A stretch of DNA of 64,000 nucleotides from a virus. How positions within the stretch are numbered: the first letter of the stretch is position 1; every line of letters starts with the position of its first letter. Below the pieces are notes generated by a model, which had not been told where the DNA came from, searched no databases, and saw nothing but the letters and a program-made list of their open reading frames with translations. The position numbers and the translations under genes were made by a program. Positions 44,737 through 53,962 of this stretch are shown here, piece by piece. The stretch lies in IMG/VR virus record IMGVR_UViG_3300045988_122538, one strand, 5' to 3'.

Positions 44737-45840
44737 ATGTCACAAAAATTTACAGTGAGCACAAAACCGCTGATTGATGGTTTGAATCTTGGTATCTTAA
44801 ATGCTAACATCTCAAACTTCTTTCAGAGAAGCACAATGGCACAAGTAACAGCTAACAAAAACAGTCTTATCATCAACCTTGAAGCTGCATTTATCTATTC
44901 AGAAGTTGAGTTCAAGGGGATGGGTACAGAAGATACATCTTCTACTATATTTGTAAGCAGTTCTCTTCTGAAACAGCTTGTTTCTACATTTGAAGCAAGT
45001 ACAACTACTTTTGAGTTTGATGAAAGTGGTCTCATTTTACATTCAGGTAAATCTAAGTTCACCCTTCCAAAAGTAATTGATGCTGATATGACATTCCAGC
45101 GTCCTGGTAGTTTGTCATCTGATATCATCGACATCAAGAAAGAAGATTGGAAGTTCATCAAGGACTATCAGCTGTATGCTATTGCAATGTCTTTTGTTCA
45201 TCCTGTTTATACAAAGGCTTGGTGCGGTGAGTCTGGTGATGTACTTGTTGGCGATTTTGATATTGGCTTGTTTACGCATTCTAAGAAGGGCAACCTTAGA
45301 CGCACTTGTCTGCTTTCTGATACAATTATCAATCTTATCACATCTCTTCCTGAGGGTGCAAAGATGTATAAAGCTGAAAACAGCTATATTGTACATGTAA
45401 AGACTGATGGATTCACATTTACATCTGAATTTGAACCTAAGTATGAATCTGATGAAGATATGGGCAGTTACAATGCCGATATGATTTTGTCTATCATGAA
45501 TGTAGACGGTGAGTCTGTTAAGGTGAATGTTGCAGCTATCATGAAGATTCTAAATCAGGCTGATTTGCTTTCTACAAAGAGCGAGGATTCTATTAAACTT
45601 TCTGTAAGCACTGGACAGATTACATTCACTGATGTAAATGTAAATTGTTCAATTCCAGCTGAGGGTACTATTACTAATCCATACTCTGTAGAATTCAACA
45701 TTGACTCGCTTAAGAAGGTAATGTCTAATTGTTCTGAAGATGTTGTAAGTATCTTTGCTGCACAGAATGAAGGAGAAGTGTCTGGTATTACAATCTTCAG
45801 CAAGGACTTGATTACATCTATTGCGGCGGTAGAAGAATAA
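44737..45840 (+). CDS. Sliding-clamp-like protein (DnaN-like, tentative)
   Basis: 367 aa, the size of a bacterial beta clamp. The opening FTVSTKPLIDGLN is DnaN-like. Located between the polymerase and the clamp-loader genes. ATG at 44737 follows GGAGGT. Confidence 0.5.
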   Translation: MSQKFTVSTKPLIDGLNLGILNANISNFFQRSTMAQVTANKNSLIINLEAAFIYSEVEFKGMGTEDTSSTIFVSSSLLKQLVSTFEASTTTFEFDESGLILHSGKSKFTLPKVIDADMTFQRPGSLSSDIIDIKKEDWKFIKDYQLYAIAMSFVHPVYTKAWCGESGDVLVGDFDIGLFTHSKKGNLRRTCLLSDTIINLITSLPEGAKMYKAENSYIVHVKTDGFTFTSEFEPKYESDEDMGSYNADMILSIMNVDGESVKVNVAAIMKILNQADLLSTKSEDSIKLSVSTGQITFTDVNVNCSIPAEGTITNPYSVEFNIDSLKKVMSNCSEDVVSIFAAQNEGEVSGITIFSKDLITSIAAVEE

Positions 45841-46610
45841 TGAGTTTCCAACCATTGAATTTTGCGTCTGTTGCAAAGTTCAATTCGGCAACAAGCAGTG
45901 AATTCCTCTCTTTTTATCAAGATTATGTTCTTCAGAAATTAAGGGAGGACAGCTTGAAGCCGAAAAACAAAACATTTGCTCCTTCAAGTTTTCGATGTGC
46001 TAGAAAATGTTGGTTCAGATTACGTGGTGTCGAAACTGATATGTTAACTAATCCTGATCCAGTATTGAACTTCAAGGCTGAGGTTGGAACAGCACGACAC
46101 GAAATAATTCAATCTAATCTCAAAGAAGCACTTGGAGATGACTGGATTGAAGTACCTGATTATTTAAGCAAGCATCCTATACCATACGAATATACATTGA
46201 CACAGAAAAATCTGGAAACCTTGATAGAAATATCAGATCCTCCAATTCGTTTCGCATGTGATGGTATTATCCGATGGAAAGATAAGATATACTTGCTTGA
46301 AATAAAAACAGCTGACTATGATAGTTGGAACTCATTAACTGACTGGAAGGCTGTACACAAAGATCAAATTCAATGCTATAGCACTCTTTTAGGTCTACCT
46401 CATGTAATCGTTATATATGAGGACAGACAATACGGCGATTTGAAAGTCTATGAAGAGTTTGTCAATCAACTTGAATCCCAAGCTGTATTAGACAGAATGC
46501 ACTATATTCAGGAAATGGTTGAATGTAATCTAGCACCTGACAGAGTTCCTAATGGTGATTACATGTGCAACAATTGTGAATATCGCGTAAAGTGTAAGCA
46601 GTGGGGTTGA
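45840..46610 (+). CDS. Cas4/RecB-like PD-(D/E)XK nuclease with Fe-S cysteine pattern
   Basis: CDGII...YLLEIKT (D...ExK) and QIQCY (QxxxY). Cysteines FRCARKC plus the C-terminal CNNCEYRVKC (Cx2Cx5C). Confidence 0.7.
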   Translation: MSFQPLNFASVAKFNSATSSEFLSFYQDYVLQKLREDSLKPKNKTFAPSSFRCARKCWFRLRGVETDMLTNPDPVLNFKAEVGTARHEIIQSNLKEALGDDWIEVPDYLSKHPIPYEYTLTQKNLETLIEISDPPIRFACDGIIRWKDKIYLLEIKTADYDSWNSLTDWKAVHKDQIQCYSTLLGLPHVIVIYEDRQYGDLKVYEEFVNQLESQAVLDRMHYIQEMVECNLAPDRVPNGDYMCNNCEYRVKCKQWG

Positions 46611-46650
46611 GAAATCAACCCCATTTTGTATAAAAGAAAGGTGTGTTAAA

Positions 46651-47667
46651 ATGTCACTTGCTACAAAATATCGTCCTAAATCATTTTCAGATGTAGTAGA
46701 GCAATCACTTATTGTAGATATGCTCAGTAATATCTGTAAAAGTGATTTGAATAACCGAAATTTCTTATTCATTGGTCCGGCAGGGTGTGGCAAAACTACA
46801 CTTGGTCGAATTGTAGGAAACGTATTGAATAATAATACAGGTGAACCTATTGAAATTGATGCTGCGTCTCATAGTGGTGTAGATAAGATGCGTGATATCA
46901 TTCAGCAAGCACGAACTTACCCTATTGGTTGTGCTTACAAGATATTTATCATTGATGAGTGCCATAGCTTATCGTCACAAGCTTGGCAGGCTCTGCTTAA
47001 GACACTTGAAGAATCTCCAGCAAAAAGTGTTTTTATTTTCTGCACTACAAATCCAGAGAAAATTCCAGCTACAATTTTATCTCGTGTTCAGACATTTCAG
47101 TTGAGTAAGATCAGTCTTGACAGCATCTGTAACAGACTTGTATATGTATTGGATTCTGAAATTGCAGAAGGTAGAGATATAACATATGAGAAAGAAGCTA
47201 TCAACTACATTGCGAAGCTTGCTAATGGCGGTATGCGTGACGCTTTAACATTGCTGGATAAAGCATTGGCGTATAGTACTAACATTTCATCTCATACATT
47301 ATCAAAGGCGCTAGGCCTACCTAACTATGATGATTATTTTATGTTATTGTCTGCTATTGCAAAAAGAGATAATGAAACTATCACAAAGGTAGTTGATGAA
47401 GTTTACAATTCAGGTGTTAACTTTGTGAAATGGTTTGAGAATTTCCATTCATTTGTAATCAACATCGTAAAATATATCTTCCTTCAAGACATCAATAAGA
47501 CAATGATTCCAGCACATTATGCAGATAAGATATCTAAATATAGTACAGCTCATTCTAACATCTGCTTGAAGTTAGCTAATACACTTATCAAATTGAATCA
47601 AGAGTTGAAGTCTACTAACTACCAACAAGAGATTGCACTTACATATTTGTGTAGTCCTAAAAAATAA
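46651..47667 (+). CDS. dnaX: Clamp loader ATPase (DNA polymerase III gamma/tau-like)
   Basis: KYRPKSFSDVVEQ, Walker A GPAGCGKTT, Walker B IFIIDECHSLS, SRVQ sensor (TILSRVQTF). Confidence 0.85.
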   Translation: MSLATKYRPKSFSDVVEQSLIVDMLSNICKSDLNNRNFLFIGPAGCGKTTLGRIVGNVLNNNTGEPIEIDAASHSGVDKMRDIIQQARTYPIGCAYKIFIIDECHSLSSQAWQALLKTLEESPAKSVFIFCTTNPEKIPATILSRVQTFQLSKISLDSICNRLVYVLDSEIAEGRDITYEKEAINYIAKLANGGMRDALTLLDKALAYSTNISSHTLSKALGLPNYDDYFMLLSAIAKRDNETITKVVDEVYNSGVNFVKWFENFHSFVINIVKYIFLQDINKTMIPAHYADKISKYSTAHSNICLKLANTLIKLNQELKSTNYQQEIALTYLCSPKK

Positions 47668-47679
47668 TGAGGTGTTACT

Positions 47680-48240
47680 GTGTTGAATTTACAGAATGTT
47701 CAAAATGAGTTTTCAGATGATATTGAAGCTGTATCTGATTGGTGTGAAGAAATCTATCAAAATAATTTCGCATCGCATTTTTCAGAATCAAGAGAGTTAT
47801 TCTTAAGGCTTAAATCAAAAACACAACCAATTACTGATGAGGAACTAAGCTGGATCTTAATAAACCTTCCACTCAATTTGTTTGATGTATCTGAAGTTCT
47901 TAATAAGTTCAAAGTTAATCAAGAAGTAGTTAAATTGCGTAATAAGCAGAAAGAATCTGATCTTGTTAAAGCGTCTATTGAAACAACAGCTACAAAGCGT
48001 CAAGAAGAAGCATCTATCAAAATGCTTGAAAATAAATTACTTGTAACAGCATATTCGTCTGTTATGTCGAGAGTAGAAAGCGAAATTTCATTTTGCAGAG
48101 AGCTTATCATGGGAGCAAAGAAAATCTGGGATGCACGTAGACGTTCTGAGTCTGCTAATCCTGTAGGTCTTGTAACTGATGATTCTCATACAGATCTACC
48201 AGATTACCAACAAGATGTTTATATCAAAGGAGGTAAATAA
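47680..48240 (+). CDS. Hypothetical protein
   Basis: 186-aa ORF (GTG start) inside the replication/recombination module. Confidence 0.5.
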   Translation: MLNLQNVQNEFSDDIEAVSDWCEEIYQNNFASHFSESRELFLRLKSKTQPITDEELSWILINLPLNLFDVSEVLNKFKVNQEVVKLRNKQKESDLVKASIETTATKRQEEASIKMLENKLLVTAYSSVMSRVESEISFCRELIMGAKKIWDARRRSESANPVGLVTDDSHTDLPDYQQDVYIKGGK

Positions 48241-48242
48241 CT

Positions 48243-49424
48243 TTGGCAAGTTATAAAGATATTATAAAGAAGAAAAAGAAAGAGTGGAATTGTGAAGGGT
48301 TGATGGACGGTGCTCATGCGGCACGTGGAGAGAAGTTACCATTTTCGTCACCTTTGATGAATTGGTGCACCTACGGTGGTATTCCTAGAAACAAGATTTC
48401 AGAGTTCTTTGGCGATCCAGGTGGTGGTAAAACTACTACATCTGTCGACATCTGTAAAAATGCTATTGCAATATTCAAAAATGAGTTTGAAGCTAAGGCA
48501 GCTGAATTACGAGATAAGATTGCACAAGGTGTAAAGTCTGCATATTCTGAGCTTGAGGACTTGAATGATAAAGGTCCAAAACGTGTATTGTATATTGATC
48601 TAGAGCACGCATTTGATGGTGCTTGGTCTAAAACACTTGGAATTGATGAAGCTGATATGGATATAATGCAGCCGCCTGATGTATTTGCTGAAGATGTTTT
48701 ACAGACAATTCTGGAGATTGTAGAAACAGGTGAAGTTGGTCTAATTGTTACGGACTCTATTCCTTCATTAGTACCTAAAACAGAACTTGAAAAGAAAATA
48801 GGTGAGCGAACAGTTGCAGTACTTGCTGGGCTATTAAGTGTATTCTGCAGAAAGATTGTTTCTTTGCTTACAAGATATGAATGTACACTTCTCTTGATAA
48901 ATCAGACTCGTGATAACATGGATAATCCATATGTTGTAAAAACACCTGGTGGAAAAGCTCCTAAATTTTATGCATCACTTCGTATTCAGTTCAGAGTAGG
49001 ATCTCCGGTAGATTTCCTAGGAAACGAGTTACCTATGAATACAGATAATCCTGCTGGCTATATCATAAATGCTAAACTAGTTAAACAGAAAAGTGCTCCG
49101 TGGGATAGAAAACAAGGTACATATTACCTCATGTGCCAATCTGGTATTAGACCTGATTTCGACTATGCACTACTTGCAGTAAATAAGTATGGAATCATTC
49201 AAAAAGGCGGAGCTTGGTTCACAATATGCGATCCGTTTACAGGCGAAGTTCTTATGGTTGATGATCCATCTAATCCTGGTAAGCAGAAGCCTCTAAAACT
49301 CAACGGTCTTGCAAGAGTATATGAATATCTCAATTCTAATCCTGAATATTATCATAAACTTCAAAAATTTATCTTAGATGATATAAATGGTAAAACTGAT
49401 GAAACGGAGGATTCTGATGAGTGA
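48243..49424 (+). CDS. recA: RecA-family recombinase
   Basis: GGIPRNKISEFFGDPGGGKTTTS (RecA-type Walker A context), Walker B LIVTDSI, QTRD loop (INQTRDN). TTG start. Confidence 0.8.
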   Translation: MASYKDIIKKKKKEWNCEGLMDGAHAARGEKLPFSSPLMNWCTYGGIPRNKISEFFGDPGGGKTTTSVDICKNAIAIFKNEFEAKAAELRDKIAQGVKSAYSELEDLNDKGPKRVLYIDLEHAFDGAWSKTLGIDEADMDIMQPPDVFAEDVLQTILEIVETGEVGLIVTDSIPSLVPKTELEKKIGERTVAVLAGLLSVFCRKIVSLLTRYECTLLLINQTRDNMDNPYVVKTPGGKAPKFYASLRIQFRVGSPVDFLGNELPMNTDNPAGYIINAKLVKQKSAPWDRKQGTYYLMCQSGIRPDFDYALLAVNKYGIIQKGGAWFTICDPFTGEVLMVDDPSNPGKQKPLKLNGLARVYEYLNSNPEYYHKLQKFILDDINGKTDETEDSDE

Positions 49425-49950
49425 ACCAACTAAATATTATAGTTCAAGACAAGAACATATGGTAGCTGATTACCTCGGTTGGTCAGTTGTATCTGGCAGC
49501 GGTGCTCGTTCATTTAATCCAGGAGATATACGTTCAGATGATTTCTTAGGTGAGTGTAAAACATTCACTAAGGAATCTGATGACGTTTACTGCTATAATT
49601 CAGTATGGTCTAAGATAACAGAAGAAGCGACATCTGTTATGAAAAAGCCGGTTCTGTTTGTAGATAATGGTACACAACAATCTCAAAATACTTGGTGTGT
49701 AGTTCCAGAAAGGTTCATTTCTTCTGCACCTTCAGTGAGTATTATGGATTCTAAAGTTGCTAATTCGTTATTAAAAACATCTAAAACACGTGTCAGATTT
49801 TCTCATATGAATGTTAAATATGAATTTATGATGTATCGTAGAGTAGTCAATACAGATATGATAGCTTTACCATTTCATCTTGCTGATACAAATGTTGCTT
49901 TAATTTCATTAGCAACACTAAAACATGTGTTGGAAGGAGATGTTGACTAA
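49417..49950 (+). CDS. Hjc-like PD-(D/E)XK Holliday junction resolvase (tentative)
   Basis: QEHMVADYLGWSVVSGSGARS..GDIRSDDFLGECK gives the E...SG...D...ExK arrangement. Overlaps the recA stop. Confidence 0.45.
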   Translation: MSEPTKYYSSRQEHMVADYLGWSVVSGSGARSFNPGDIRSDDFLGECKTFTKESDDVYCYNSVWSKITEEATSVMKKPVLFVDNGTQQSQNTWCVVPERFISSAPSVSIMDSKVANSLLKTSKTRVRFSHMNVKYEFMMYRRVVNTDMIALPFHLADTNVALISLATLKHVLEGDVD

Positions 49951-50867
49951 TGTTAAGCATACAAGAAGCTGGTAAAGAAATACTTACAGGACATCCAGGC
50001 AAATTTTATGTATTTGCAGGAGATGAGTATGGTGTTAAGGACAAATATTTATTAGCTCTAAAATCTCATTATTCTGATTATGTAGAAGCAGATGATGTTG
50101 AGTCTATATTCAAGCTAATGACTACTAAACACCTTATTCCATTACCACCTAAACTTTACATTGTACGATATGATGAAAACTTCATATCATCATTAACTAA
50201 TGTGACAGCGTCTAAAATAAAATCTATGAAGATATTAGGTACATTGGTATGTATTTATGAGTCACCTAAGCATACTGCTAAATGTGACAAACTGCTTCCA
50301 GAATATACTGTATCATTTGATCATGTAAGCCCAGAATTCGTCAAGAAATATTTATCGTCTGATTTTCCAGAATTATCAAAGTCTATCATTGATTTTGCAG
50401 TAAGCACTCGTCCTGATTATAAATCGGCTTGGAACATATGCAATTGTTTATCGCATGTAGACGCTACTAAAATCAATTTTGCAAATATGTCCGGACTTGC
50501 AACTACATTTGGTTGTTCAGCATCATCTAATGAAGCTCAATTACGGTTAGGTATTGCATCTAGAAATTTTGCATATTCACTGAGTGTTTTAGATTCATAT
50601 GGAGATGATATCAATGCTGCATTTTATACTATATTAAGTACATTGATTGATATTGAAAAGATCATTGATAGTACTTACAGTCAGTCAGATTTGCATAAGT
50701 ATGTGAAAGTATGGACACATGCTGACATCTATTACATGTTTATGAACACTTATGATGCATTGAAGAAATCTCGTTCATATACATCACATGACATATATGA
50801 CAGCTTAGTATATTTACTTGGATTGACACAGTTCTCTCCTATACCTAGTCCAGAATCTATGAATTAA
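49950..50867 (+). CDS. Possible clamp-loader delta-like subunit
   Basis: 305 aa. The opening KFYVFAGDEYGVKDKYL resembles HolA (lyll.G.e..l). Lies between recombination genes and the delta'-like gene. Weak support. Confidence 0.35.
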   Translation: MLSIQEAGKEILTGHPGKFYVFAGDEYGVKDKYLLALKSHYSDYVEADDVESIFKLMTTKHLIPLPPKLYIVRYDENFISSLTNVTASKIKSMKILGTLVCIYESPKHTAKCDKLLPEYTVSFDHVSPEFVKKYLSSDFPELSKSIIDFAVSTRPDYKSAWNICNCLSHVDATKINFANMSGLATTFGCSASSNEAQLRLGIASRNFAYSLSVLDSYGDDINAAFYTILSTLIDIEKIIDSTYSQSDLHKYVKVWTHADIYYMFMNTYDALKKSRSYTSHDIYDSLVYLLGLTQFSPIPSPESMN

Positions 50868-50881
50868 GGTGGTGATTTATA

Positions 50882-51664
50882 ATGCAGCTTATCAATCAAA
50901 AGATTGGAATTGCTGAATTGGAAAGGCTCGCTAAAGACGATAAACACAGTATAATGATTGAAGGTATTGAAGGATCTGGCAAATCATATCTTGCAAAGCA
51001 GTATGCGTCTATGTTGAACATTCCCGATTTTCAAGTAGTTGAACCTAAGGTACAGAACATTAAAGATGCAATAAATGCTTGTTACTTGATTGAAAATCCA
51101 GTTGTAATTTGTATTGAGAATCTTGATACCGGAGTTCTTGCAGCATCTTATGCACTATTGAAATTTCTTGAAGAACCTGCTTCTCATGTATACATTGTTG
51201 TAACATGTAGAAATCTACAACATGTACCTGATACTATCATAAGCAGAAGTGCTGTTGTATCAGTTTCACCTCCTATTGAGTCAGATTTAGTTTCTTATGC
51301 TTCTGAGAAAGATTCTGCTCAATATCTTTATCTTCAAGATAAATCTATCTGGAAATGTGCAAAGACATTCAAAGATGTTGAAACATTGTTAGAGTTAGAT
51401 TCTACTAAGATTGAATATTTCAATACTTTGTCAGAGTTGTTAACTAAACAAGGGTCTGTTTCTAATATCGTATGGTCATTGCAAAAATATCCTGATAATT
51501 CTTCTACACCTATACAGCTTGTAATTCGTTATATAATGTATATTACAAATTCAAGTACTATTTGGCGTGCAGGGCATGATTGTTTGAAGGAGTTATCTCT
51601 TGGACGAATTTCTACTCATGCAGTTTTAGCTAAATTTGCATTTGAACTGAAATACCTTAAATAA
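50882..51664 (+). CDS. Clamp-loader delta'-like AAA+ subunit
   Basis: IEGIEGSGKSYLAKQYA (P-loop-like) and LKFLEEPASHVYIVVTCRNLQHVPDTIISRS (the LEEPP...TI.SRC hallmark). Confidence 0.65.
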   Translation: MQLINQKIGIAELERLAKDDKHSIMIEGIEGSGKSYLAKQYASMLNIPDFQVVEPKVQNIKDAINACYLIENPVVICIENLDTGVLAASYALLKFLEEPASHVYIVVTCRNLQHVPDTIISRSAVVSVSPPIESDLVSYASEKDSAQYLYLQDKSIWKCAKTFKDVETLLELDSTKIEYFNTLSELLTKQGSVSNIVWSLQKYPDNSSTPIQLVIRYIMYITNSSTIWRAGHDCLKELSLGRISTHAVLAKFAFELKYLK

Positions 51665-51690
51665 CTTATATTGTAACATTATTAAGGAGG

Positions 51691-52659
51691 ATGCTGTATA
51701 TGGTGTATTTTTTCAGCGGCGGTCTTACAAAAGATATGGTTAAATATTTAACTAATATGCCTGACTTTGAACCTATTGATGTGCTTGTATCTCAGCTGGA
51801 CAGAAATTCTATCAAAGAAATGATCAAATATCAAAGTGAAGGTGTTGTTAAACAGCTTTTTATTGATAGCGGTGCTTTTTCTGTACATACAGGCAAGGCT
51901 ACAGTAGATTTGGATGAATATATTTCGTTCGTCAATTCTATTGACGATCATATTCATGCTATCGCACAGGTTGATACTATTCCTGGTGTGTTTGGTCAGC
52001 CTAAATCTAGAGAGGATTATGAAAAGTCTGCAAAATTGTCTTGGGAGAACTTCCTTTATATGTATAGAAATCTCAAATCTCCTGAAAAGCTTATTCCTGT
52101 ATTCCACTATGGTGAGTCTTTTGACGCTCTTAAGAATATGCTTGATTGGAAGGATGAAAACGGGAAGCCTTTGACTTATCTTGGAATTTCTCCTGCTAAT
52201 GATACTTCTCAAAGTACTAAGAATGTGTATATGAGGGAAGTATATGATTTCATTGCAAATTCAAGTAATCCAAACGTAAGAACTCACTTATTTGGTATGA
52301 CTGCTTTAGATGCTTTGTCTAAAGTTCCTACGTATTCAGCAGACAGTGTAAGTCATAGGCTTATTGGCGCATACAATAAAATCTATCATCCGGAGTTTGG
52401 AGTTATCAGCTTATCAAAGAAATCTAGAACTTCAAGAAGTAAATCTAGTATGAGTTTTGTAGAAACTTGTGATGACATCGCACTTAAGAAGCTTACGGAT
52501 TATCTTGAACATCTTGGAGTTACACTTGAAGAGGTACAAGACAGTCATTCTGCAAGATGTGCAGTTTCAATGTATGGAATCATTCAGCATTTGAAAACAC
52601 ATCCTTACAAACCAGAGAATGTCAAGCGTACCAAGAAGCTGTTTAGCTTGCCTAACTAA
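51691..52659 (+). CDS. dpdA: DpdA-like (TGT-superfamily) DNA guanine transglycosylase candidate
   Basis: LFIDSGAFSV resembles the catalytic DSGGFQ box of TGT. HLFGMTALDALSKVPTYSADSVSH resembles the hLfG.g.......DS.s C-terminal box of archaeal TGT/DpdA. It is the only transglycosylase-like ORF seen that could consume the product of the queFCDE/folE module. By-eye match only. Confidence 0.5.
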   Translation: MLYMVYFFSGGLTKDMVKYLTNMPDFEPIDVLVSQLDRNSIKEMIKYQSEGVVKQLFIDSGAFSVHTGKATVDLDEYISFVNSIDDHIHAIAQVDTIPGVFGQPKSREDYEKSAKLSWENFLYMYRNLKSPEKLIPVFHYGESFDALKNMLDWKDENGKPLTYLGISPANDTSQSTKNVYMREVYDFIANSSNPNVRTHLFGMTALDALSKVPTYSADSVSHRLIGAYNKIYHPEFGVISLSKKSRTSRSKSSMSFVETCDDIALKKLTDYLEHLGVTLEEVQDSHSARCAVSMYGIIQHLKTHPYKPENVKRTKKLFSLPN

Positions 52660-52667
52660 TTTCTAAA

Positions 52668-52766
52668 TAAACTATTAAATTTTATAAAAACTATTGACTT
52701 TTTCTCTAAAATCGTATATAATATAATTGTAGGGCAAAAAAAATAATACCTACAACATATCAAAAC
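52668..52766 (+). promoter_or_regulatory. Conserved promoter-leader cassette B
   Basis: TTGACT (52694-99), 17 nt, TATAAT (52717-22). Hairpin TGTAGG (52728-33) with CCTACA (52749-54), followed by ACATATCAAAA. Near-identical to 39651-39750. Confidence 0.7.
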
Positions 52767-52784
52767 ATTTGGAGGTACAATAGT

Positions 52785-53027
52785 ATGAAAAATTTAGAAG
52801 TATTCAATCAGCGTGGTTTTGGTGATTACAGCTGTAGTTCATGTAGAACTCCTCTCCTTGGTACATTTACCGCTATAGGAGAAGTTGGTGATGAGAATGG
52901 TTATGAGTGGAGAAGTTTTTGTCCTCGTTGTGCATCAAAATTAGGTATTGCAACTATTTCAGACAATGATCCGAAATTGAACGAAATTTACAGTAACTAT
53001 CCTATTCCCGATTATTTAGGAAACTAA
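52785..53027 (+). CDS. Small Cys4 protein expressed from cassette B
   Basis: 80 aa. CSSC...CPRC pairs. RBS TGGAGGT upstream. Confidence 0.55.
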   Translation: MKNLEVFNQRGFGDYSCSSCRTPLLGTFTAIGEVGDENGYEWRSFCPRCASKLGIATISDNDPKLNEIYSNYPIPDYLGN

Positions 53028-53028
53028 T

Positions 53029-53052
53029 ATAATCAATAACATAATCAATAAC
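53029..53052. repeat. Perfect tandem duplication of a 12-mer
   Basis: ATAATCAATAAC occurs twice (53029-40 and 53041-52), directly after the stop codon and before the terminator. Confidence 0.7.
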
Positions 53053-53054
53053 AT

Positions 53055-53086
53055 AAAAGCAGCTGTTGAAGCTGCTTTTATTTTAT
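53055..53086 (+). terminator. Intrinsic terminator
   Basis: AAAAGCAGC (53055-63) pairs with GCTGCTTTT (53071-79), followed by ATTTTAT. Confidence 0.75.
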
Positions 53087-53146
53087 GTTTGAAAACCTTT
53101 TATATGATATGTAACATATTCATTTGTTGGAGAAGGAGTGATTCAA

Positions 53147-53413
53147 ATGATCAAACCTGAGAATCTAAGTACATTATTATCTGCTTCTGAAGCAGCGGCT
53201 GTTGCTGATGCAGCTATTGATGAACAAGAAGAATGTGCAGTTGCACGTGCTATAAATTACAATGCAAATACAGGTGAAACTTGTACTGAATGGACTAGTG
53301 GTTTATCAGATAAGATGAAAGCTAAATTAAAATCAAAAAAGTACAAGGTAATCCCGAAAACTGATGCATATGGAGTAGAAATTCCTAACATGTACTATAT
53401 AAAGAGCAGGTGA
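53147..53413 (+). CDS. Hypothetical protein
   Basis: ATG at 53147, 9 nt after GGAGAAGGAG. The track start is GTG at 53138. Confidence 0.5.
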   Translation: MIKPENLSTLLSASEAAAVADAAIDEQEECAVARAINYNANTGETCTEWTSGLSDKMKAKLKSKKYKVIPKTDAYGVEIPNMYYIKSR

Positions 53414-53419
53414 TAGTTG

Positions 53420-53950
53420 ATGTTTGATAACAGATTCAAACTTCACAAGTATGACGAAGCATCTATAAATTCAGTTGTATTGAATGTTAATCAGCTTGAA
53501 TACTTCACATACCTAGAGCTGCCACATGACATCGCTAAGTTCTTGTCATTGTATTGTGTACAGGAATTTAATACTCCTAAAGGACCTATTGAACTCGATT
53601 ATTCTGATAAAATAACTAGAGAGTGTTTACGTCCATGGTTGAAAATCGAAACATCTATTTTCAATACAGAATGCGGATTTCACATGTATAAGTTTCAGTT
53701 TGTTGATACAAGAACGACTGATGTAGTATCGTTATACTTTGCATATAATTTACAAAATAGTAATCCTGATAAGACATCATACATCTATATGAAAGGCAGA
53801 AACGCTGAAGGATTCAATCCATTTGAAGATGGTAATGGGGCAGGCTCTGCTAGTAATACATCTGATAATTCTGACAGTGATTCAGACGATAGCAAAAATG
53901 ATTCATCTAGTTGTTGCTGTTGCGGTAAATGTAAGTATTGTAGTAAGTAA
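53420..53950 (+). CDS. Hypothetical protein with Ser/Asp-rich tail ending in a CCCC-x-K-C-x2-C cluster
   Basis: The C-terminus is ...SDNSDSDSDDSKNDSSSCCCCGKCKYCSK. Confidence 0.5.
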   Translation: MFDNRFKLHKYDEASINSVVLNVNQLEYFTYLELPHDIAKFLSLYCVQEFNTPKGPIELDYSDKITRECLRPWLKIETSIFNTECGFHMYKFQFVDTRTTDVVSLYFAYNLQNSNPDKTSYIYMKGRNAEGFNPFEDGNGAGSASNTSDNSDSDSDDSKNDSSSCCCCGKCKYCSK

Positions 53951-53962
53951 GGAGGTTTACAT

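Noticed and set aside
46396-46405. AATCGTTATA copy inside the Cas4-like nuclease coding sequence
   Set aside because: It lies mid-gene with no downstream start codon or gap. It is most likely a chance occurrence, and it is a useful reminder that the motif's significance needs a genome-wide statistical test.
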